Shown piece by piece: positions 58,043 through 64,000 of a stretch of 64,000 nucleotides of DNA. The notes below the pieces were generated by a model. That model saw only the letters and a list, made by a program, of their open reading frames with translations, was not told the DNA's origin and did no database searches. The position numbers and the translations under genes are program-made. The stretch spans positions 3,424,001-3,488,000 of the forward strand of contig OZ245006.1 of NCBI GenBank assembly GCA_965223545.1. Reading direction: 5' to 3'. This stretch comes from Planctomycetota bacterium. Lineage in GTDB: Bacteria > Planctomycetota > UBA1135 > UBA2386. Every line of letters starts with the position of its first letter. Within the stretch, counting starts at the first letter, position 1.

Positions 58043-58864
58043 TCAGCGCGCCGCTCCGGCGTCGCGCGCGGCGACGACGGCAGCGGCACGGCCGAGATCG
58101 ACGGCCGCCCGCCAATCGCCGGCGTGCTTGAGGAACGAGCCGATGATGACGGCGTCGGCGTGCTCGAACAGCGCCGCGAGGTGATCGGGCGTGGCCCCCG
58201 AACCGACGACGACCGGTCCCCCGATCGCCGCGCGCACGGCGGCGAGCTCCGCCAGATCGACTGCAGCGCCGGTCGTGTCTCCGGAGACCACGACGCCGTC
58301 GGCACCGCAGAACCGGGCCGCCCGCGCGGTGGCCGCGATGTCGACGTCGGCGGTGATCGCGTGGCTCGAGTGCTTCTTCTTCACGTCGGCGAGCACCGCG
58401 ATGCCACCGGCGTCGATCGACCGGCGATAGCGCAGGAGCGGGCCGGCGTCGGCCTCGTCGAGGACGCCCTCGTCGGCGACCGCGGCGAAGACGAAGCCCT
58501 CGGCCCGCACGAAGCGGGCGCCGACCGCATGCGCCACCGCGAGGGCCGCCCGGTTGGCGCCGGCCAACACCTGCACGCCCAGCGGCAACTCGACCGCCGC
58601 GCGCACCGCAACCCCCACCGCGGTCATCGCGGCGACGATCTCCGGCCCGACCTCCCGGCGCAGATACGGAGCGTCGTGCATGTTCTCGAGGATCAACGCG
58701 TCGAAGCCCGCCTCGGCCAGGGCGCGCGCGTCGCGGACCGCATCATCGGCCAATGCGGCCACCGGCTTGCCCGCCGCCGGGGTACCCGGCATGGCGCCGA
58801 CGTGCACCATGCCGACGAGCGCCCGACTCCGGCCGAACAGTTGCGTCGCGTCCTCACACTGCAC
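58043..58864 (-). CDS. BtpA/SgcQ family protein
   Basis: GMVHVGAMPGTP, LENMHDAPY, ADVKKKHSSHAIT, DGVVVSGDTTG and VGSG. Start uncertain. Confidence 0.9.
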   Translation of the reverse strand: MQCEDATQLFGRSRALVGMVHVGAMPGTPAAGKPVAALADDAVRDARALAEAGFDALILENMHDAPYLRREVGPEIVAAMTAVGVAVRAAVELPLGVQVLAGANRAALAVAHAVGARFVRAEGFVFAAVADEGVLDEADAGPLLRYRRSIDAGGIAVLADVKKKHSSHAITADVDIAATARAARFCGADGVVVSGDTTGAAVDLAELAAVRAAIGGPVVVGSGATPDHLAALFEHADAVIIGSFLKHAGDWRAAVDLGRAAAVVAARDAGAAR

Positions 58865-58994
58865 GGCGTCAACGTAGCGCCGTCCGTCCACCGACGCATC
58901 AAGTCGGGCAAACGGTACAGCCTCATCGTGAATACTCGGTCCGCCAATCGATAGGTGGTGCCTCCAGCAACCCGAAGCTCCCCTCTTGCTGACC

Positions 58995-59903
58995 ATGCAA
59001 CCACTCGGCACCGTCGTCTCCGCCGTTCTCCTGTCTTGCGCCACCGCCTACGGCGTCGTCGCGGTGTCGACCGATCCGGCCGCGCCACCGCTGCCGCCGG
59101 CGGGCGCTGGAGCTGTCGGCGACGCCGACATCTCCTCGGGGACGACGCTCACCGCGATGGCCGAGGAGATCGAGCAACTGCGGGCGCGGCTCGCGGAGCT
59201 GGAGCAGCGCGCACCGCGCACGGCGGTGGGTGCCGCGGTCAGCGACCAACAAGTCGCGACCGCGGTCGACGCGTGGATGGAACGGCACGGCCCCTTGGCT
59301 GCAACCAACGCGACACCACCTACCGCAGAAGTCGAGGCCGACTACGAGCGCTTGTGGAAGGCGTTGTCAGTGGATGGCGACGACTGGAAGAAGAGAGAGG
59401 AGTTGTGGGCAGAAGCCCGCAAGGCGGGTCTGATGGATCGCCTGGTCGAGGCATTCGAGGCGCGTGCCGAGCAGTACCCGAGCGACCCCGACGCGCATTC
59501 CCAACTCGGCTCGGCCTATCTCCAGCAGGTGCAGAGCGCCAGCGACGTGGGCGAGCAAGGCAGGCTGGCGATGAGCGCCGACGCCTCGTTCACGAAGGCG
59601 CTGGAGCTCGATCCGAACCACTGGCGGGCGCGGTTCAGCAAAGCGGTCTCGCTGTCGTTCTGGCCGCCGGTGATGGGGCGGGGCAGCGAGGCGATCACCC
59701 ACTTCGAGACCCTGATCGAGCAGCAGAACGCCAGCGGCGTCGCGGCGGACCATCACGCGATGCCGTACGTCTTCCTCGGCAACATGCTCGAACAACAGGG
59801 CAAGAGTGACCGCGCGCGCGAGATCTGGCAGAACGGCTACGCGCTCTACCCCGGCAACGACGACCTGCGCAAGCGCATCGAGGCGCTCGGCGGGTCGCGC
59901 TGA
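58995..59903 (+). CDS. Membrane-anchored tetratricopeptide repeat protein
   Basis: N-terminal hydrophobic segment and coiled coil; AHSQLGSAY, FTKALELDPNHWRA, YVFLGNML and YPGNDDL. Confidence 0.75.
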   Translation: MQPLGTVVSAVLLSCATAYGVVAVSTDPAAPPLPPAGAGAVGDADISSGTTLTAMAEEIEQLRARLAELEQRAPRTAVGAAVSDQQVATAVDAWMERHGPLAATNATPPTAEVEADYERLWKALSVDGDDWKKREELWAEARKAGLMDRLVEAFEARAEQYPSDPDAHSQLGSAYLQQVQSASDVGEQGRLAMSADASFTKALELDPNHWRARFSKAVSLSFWPPVMGRGSEAITHFETLIEQQNASGVAADHHAMPYVFLGNMLEQQGKSDRAREIWQNGYALYPGNDDLRKRIEALGGSR

Positions 59904-59918
59904 CGCCGGCGTCGCTGG

Positions 59919-62435
59919 TCAGCGCGTCAGGTCGAACTCGACGTAGCCGTAGTCCGGAGCCACGTCCCAGGCGTCGTCGTTGACGAACACGAGCCGGATC
60001 TTGTGGGCCGTCTGGCCGTACGCCTGGTCGAGGTGGCTCAGCGGCACAGCCATCTCGCATTGGGTGACCTTTTTGGTCGGGTTGACCGAGATCGCACCGA
60101 GATCCTGATCGGCGAACACCGAGGCGGTCTGGGTGTAGAGCCGGTCGCCGGCGATGAGCAGCTCGCTGCCGATCGGCGGCAGGGACCAACCGGAGAACGG
60201 GTTGTTGTCGACGTCGACCATGATCAGCGTGCGCGAGTACGAGTAGGGTGCGCCGCCGAGGTCGAAGTTGTGCGCGGAACGGAAGTAGAGGTAGAGGTTG
60301 TCGGCGTCGTTGTGCGCCTTGATGTCGAGCCAGTTGGGTCCCGCCGAGTCCGGCACGTCGTCCCCGTCGACGTGGGCCATCGGCACGTCGTGCCAGTCTT
60401 GGAAGCGTCCGTCGATGTTGATCTCGATGTTGCCCTTCAGGGTCTTGGCCGAGAGCTGGACCTGGTTCTGGTCCTCGTTGCCCAGGCTGTCGACGGCGCG
60501 CACGCAGAACCAGTAGAAGCGGTTGCTGCGCAGCCCGCCGATGACGGCTTCGTACGGGAACGTGCTCGGGCTCGCGCCGCCGGCATAGCCGGCGCCCAGC
60601 TGCGGAGCGACCTCGAGCCGGGTGCCGCTCGGCACACCATTGGCATCGAAGGTCATCTCGCTGTCGGCGTAGTAGATGGCGTAGTGCACCGGGTTGAGGT
60701 CGAGGGCGACATCCCAGCGCACGGTTGCTGACTCGAGCTGAGCCGCGACTTCCTGCACGCCTACGCGCGGCGTCGGCGCCGACGGCGGCGTCGGGTACCA
60801 ACCATTGTTGTCGTTGTAGGTGCTGCTCCACACCGGCGCGTCGGTGTCGGTGAGGTCGGCGTTGTCACGCACGAAGGCGTTGACCAAGCCGGCGCCCGCG
60901 TCGGTCAGGTAGTGGCGCATGCCCGCCAACCGCTGCGCCTCGACGACATCTTGCAGGAGCGTCGCCAAGCCGTCGGTCGACGCGCCGACAAGGGTGAGCG
61001 GATCGATCCCCGGGCCGGCCGCGTGGCCGATGGACAGCACCTGGAAGCCATCGGGTCGGTCCGCCTCGACGCGCAACTTCGGCAGCACGTTGTGCTTGTT
61101 GTCGGCGAAGAAGTAGGCGTCGTATTCGCGCCAGGTCGCCGCATCGAGCCGATAGCTCGAGAAGCCGACCAGGTCGATGTGGGCGCGCGGGTTGACCTTG
61201 TAGTGCGGCAAGTTGGGGTCGAAGAAGAACAGGCCGCGGTTCTGCATGATCACCGCCTCGGGGTGATCGGTGCGGACCTGGTGCATGAACGCGGTGAACC
61301 CGGGCGCGGTCCACTCGAACTCGACCTGGTTGGGGACGCCCGGCCCGGTGTAGAAGTTGGGCGAGCACGTGTCGATGCGGTCGACGAACAGACCATCGCA
61401 ACCAAAGCCGGATCCAGTCGTCGTCGTCAGCTGCTCGCGGATTCCTGCGACTCCGTCCGCCGACAGCAGCATCGAATCGAGCGCGGCGTACCAGGCGGGA
61501 TCGCCAGCGTTGACGTAGCAGGCCAGCGTATAGCCGCTGCGATCGGGGATGCCGTCGCCGACGCCGCTGGTCTCCACCGAGTTGTCGTCGAGATACCAGC
61601 TGGCGTAGCCGCCGGACACCGACGCCGATCCGAGCAGCGGTAGCCCCTCGAGCGATTGGCCCGCCGCGCCCGGTCCACGCGGATCGACCCGCGGACCACT
61701 GCCGTCACCGACGAACCGCGGGTCCGCCAGCATCTGTGCCTCGCTCAGTCCGACCGTGCGCAGATCCTGGCCGATGACCAGCTGGCCGAGGACGATGACG
61801 TCGTCGGTCGGATCTGCCGGGTCCACGCCGTCTTGGATCTCGGCGATCAACTGCGGCGTCACCGACGATTGCTGGGGTGCGAGCACGACCAAGTCGTGCT
61901 GCTCGGCCACCGCGACATCGGCCGCGGTCCACGCGCCGAGATAGTAGAGGTGGGTCTGCACCGCGGCGGCCGCTGGCTGCAGGTTCTCGACCTCGACGGT
62001 CGAAGCGGGCCCGCCCCCGCCGCCCTTCGCGGCGAGCGCCCCACCGGAGACCGCCGGCGCGTCCCGCACTTCGACGACCACCTGCATCGGCCGGTCGACG
62101 CGAAAGCCGACATCGCGCAGCGAGTCCCACGCCACCCGATGCCGGACGCCAGCGGGTGAACTCGCGAGGTCGTCGACCGCGCCGCTGGCCAGGGTCGCCG
62201 ACCGCCACGTCTGCCCTCCATCGGCCGAGTAGAGCACGTCGACGTCGGCGCTCGACGCGGGGTCGCTCTGCAGCAAGAACTCGACCTCGACCTCGCCCGC
62301 GGCCACGCTGGGAGTTGCGACCGCGGCCACGCGGACCTCGACATCGCCGGCACTGGAGCCACTCTGGCAGCCGGCCAGGAGCAGCGCCGCGACCGCCGGA
62401 GCGGTCCCCATGAGTGCCCTTACACCGCGGTACAT
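59919..62435 (-). CDS. Lipoprotein with a TIM-barrel glycoside hydrolase-like domain (GH114/GH166-like), an FN3-like domain and a C-terminal beta-sandwich
   Basis: LLLAGC lipobox; CYVNAGDPAW, GCDGLFVDRID and IMQNRGLFF; FN3-like VRWDVALD..YWFCVRAVDSLGNED; INIDGRFQDW. Confidence 0.62.
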   Translation of the reverse strand: MYRGVRALMGTAPAVAALLLAGCQSGSSAGDVEVRVAAVATPSVAAGEVEVEFLLQSDPASSADVDVLYSADGGQTWRSATLASGAVDDLASSPAGVRHRVAWDSLRDVGFRVDRPMQVVVEVRDAPAVSGGALAAKGGGGGPASTVEVENLQPAAAAVQTHLYYLGAWTAADVAVAEQHDLVVLAPQQSSVTPQLIAEIQDGVDPADPTDDVIVLGQLVIGQDLRTVGLSEAQMLADPRFVGDGSGPRVDPRGPGAAGQSLEGLPLLGSASVSGGYASWYLDDNSVETSGVGDGIPDRSGYTLACYVNAGDPAWYAALDSMLLSADGVAGIREQLTTTTGSGFGCDGLFVDRIDTCSPNFYTGPGVPNQVEFEWTAPGFTAFMHQVRTDHPEAVIMQNRGLFFFDPNLPHYKVNPRAHIDLVGFSSYRLDAATWREYDAYFFADNKHNVLPKLRVEADRPDGFQVLSIGHAAGPGIDPLTLVGASTDGLATLLQDVVEAQRLAGMRHYLTDAGAGLVNAFVRDNADLTDTDAPVWSSTYNDNNGWYPTPPSAPTPRVGVQEVAAQLESATVRWDVALDLNPVHYAIYYADSEMTFDANGVPSGTRLEVAPQLGAGYAGGASPSTFPYEAVIGGLRSNRFYWFCVRAVDSLGNEDQNQVQLSAKTLKGNIEINIDGRFQDWHDVPMAHVDGDDVPDSAGPNWLDIKAHNDADNLYLYFRSAHNFDLGGAPYSYSRTLIMVDVDNNPFSGWSLPPIGSELLIAGDRLYTQTASVFADQDLGAISVNPTKKVTQCEMAVPLSHLDQAYGQTAHKIRLVFVNDDAWDVAPDYGYVEFDLTR

Positions 62436-62590
62436 GTGATGTCCGTCGACACTGCCCGGCAGCAGCTTGAGTGGCTGACGTGAATCTCCACATTCGAGAC
62501 CCGTCCCAGTCTCGATCTGCGACCGCGCGCCCCCTTGGTGCCGCGCTCGCCCGCACCCGACACCGGCGCTAGGGTTGCCTGCCCCTCACC

Positions 62591-63346
62591 ATGACCATCG
62601 ACAATTTCGTCACTCTCGGGTTTCTCATCCTCCTGCAGGCAGTGCTCGGCTTCGACAACCTGCTCTACATCTCCCTGGAGTCCAAGCGCGCGCCCGCACC
62701 CCAACAGGCGATGGTCCGCAGGTGGGGCATCGGCATCGCGATCGCGCTGCGCCTCATCCTGCTGTTCGTGGTGCTGGAAGCAGTGCAGCACTTCCAGGAG
62801 CCGTGGTTCGACGTACGCCACGCCTGGGTGGCCGGCAGCTTCAACTTGCACAGCGTGATCGTGCTGCTCGGTGGTGCCTTCATCCTCTACACCGCCAGCA
62901 AGGAGATCCTGCACATGGTCCGCTTGAACGAGGGCGGACACGGGGCGGGAGGATCGCGGTCGGCGGCGGGTGCGATCGCGTGGATCGTGGCGATGAATCT
63001 CGTGTTCTCGTTCGACTCGATCCTGAGCGCGATGGCGCTGACCGACGTGTTCTGGGTCATGGCCGCGGCCATCGTGATCAGCGGCGCGATGATGATCTGG
63101 CTCGCCGACCACGTGTCGGAGTTCCTGCAGCGCAACCGGATGTACGAGGTACTCGGCCTGTTCATCCTGTTCGTCGTCGGCGTGATGCTGGTGACCGAGG
63201 GCGGCCACCTCGCCCACCTCGAGCTGTTCGGCAACAAGATCGAGCCGATGACCAAGACGACGTTCTACTTCGTGATCGGCGTCCTCGTTGTCACCGACAT
63301 CGTGCAGACCCGCTACCAGCGCAAGCTGCTGGCGAAGGACTCGTGA
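62591..63346 (+). CDS. TerC-family membrane protein
   Basis: LQAVLGFDNLLYI, KEI, MNLVFSFDSILSA and multiple TMs. Confidence 0.9.
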   Translation: MTIDNFVTLGFLILLQAVLGFDNLLYISLESKRAPAPQQAMVRRWGIGIAIALRLILLFVVLEAVQHFQEPWFDVRHAWVAGSFNLHSVIVLLGGAFILYTASKEILHMVRLNEGGHGAGGSRSAAGAIAWIVAMNLVFSFDSILSAMALTDVFWVMAAAIVISGAMMIWLADHVSEFLQRNRMYEVLGLFILFVVGVMLVTEGGHLAHLELFGNKIEPMTKTTFYFVIGVLVVTDIVQTRYQRKLLAKDS

Positions 63347-63408
63347 GGTCGGGAGCTCCTCCCGGCCGCCAGCCCTCCCGCTGCCGGCCGCGCTGAACGT
63401 GGATTAGG

Positions 63409-64000
63409 ATGCCGGGCGTGCTGCGACCCACGCTCATCGTTCTCACCGCTCTTGCGCCGGCGGCCTGTCAGCTACGAGAGACCGACCAGTCCAAAGCCAA
63501 ACCCCACCCGCGCGGCGCGCTCTGGCGGTGGCAGCAGCGCGGCGGACCGGACGGCGCCATTCCGCGTGATGGCCTGCTGCGCGCGGCGCGAATGCGGGAC
63601 GCGATGGTGCAGCTCGACAACGCGCCAGTGGGTGTGCGCTGGACGTGGCGCGGCCCCGGCAACATCGGCGGCCGGGTGCGCGCGATCCTGATCCACCCCA
63701 CCCAACACGACACGATGTGGGTCGGCAGTGCTGGCGGCGGTGTCTGGCACACGACCGATGGGGGCGCCAGCTGGCAACCGCAGAACGCGATGCTGCCGGT
63801 GTTGGGAATCGGCTGCATGGCGATGGATCCGACCGATCCCGACCGGCTGTACGCCGGCACCGGAGAGGGGTTCTTCGATACGCCGGCCGGCAGCAGCAAC
63901 CTCGCCGTGATGGCGGGCGCGGGCATCTTCACGTCAGCCGACGGCGGCGCCAGCTGGAACCAGCTGGCCTCGACCGCCGCGTGGCTCGCGGTCAACCGGA
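63409..64000 (+). CDS. Exported BNR/Asp-box repeat (sialidase/VPS10-like propeller) protein, runs off the right edge
   Basis: Frame stays open to the end of the window: LIVLTALAPAAC, WTWRGPGNIGGRVRAI, GGVWHTTDGGASW, LYAGTGEG and FTSADGGASW. Confidence 0.78.
   Translation, partial: MPGVLRPTLIVLTALAPAACQLRETDQSKAKPHPRGALWRWQQRGGPDGAIPRDGLLRAARMRDAMVQLDNAPVGVRWTWRGPGNIGGRVRAILIHPTQHDTMWVGSAGGGVWHTTDGGASWQPQNAMLPVLGIGCMAMDPTDPDRLYAGTGEGFFDTPAGSSNLAVMAGAGIFTSADGGASWNQLASTAAWLAVNR

Overview
A 64-kb, high-GC bacterial chromosomal segment. The gene repertoire suggests an uncultured Planctomycetota (inference): ECF/anti-sigma pairs, a Hanks kinase, several carboxypeptidase-regulatory-like repeat proteins, and secreted proteins sharing a C-terminal domain. 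About 46 CDSs are supported. They include ribBA followed by an ECF/anti-sigma/PilM-like operon, several proteases and hydrolases, and a furA-katG pair. A dispersed surface-glycan region holds a phosphoglycosyl transferase, two sulfotransferases, a GT2, a NeuB-family synthase most like KDN-9-P synthases, a CMP-nonulosonate synthetase/HAD phosphatase fusion and a putative nonulosonyl transferase. A small lower-GC islet carries a HEPN-motif ORF and a possible IS3 end. Two non-canonical secondary-metabolism loci are the best candidates for undescribed biology. (1) A 3259-aa NRPS-PKS hybrid has the order dock-C-A(Leu-like)-T-KS-AT-KR-ACP-DH-ER, with DH-ER placed after the ACP and no release domain. 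(2) An A-domain-less C*-T-TE protein is flanked by a PGM1-like ATP-grasp ligase and a BtrK-like PLP decarboxylase. An 81-bp near-perfect palindrome and a solo copy of its arm define a REP/REPIN-like repeat. No rRNA, tRNA or CRISPR array was seen. All calls are from motif reading by eye; no database searches were run and several start codons are estimates.
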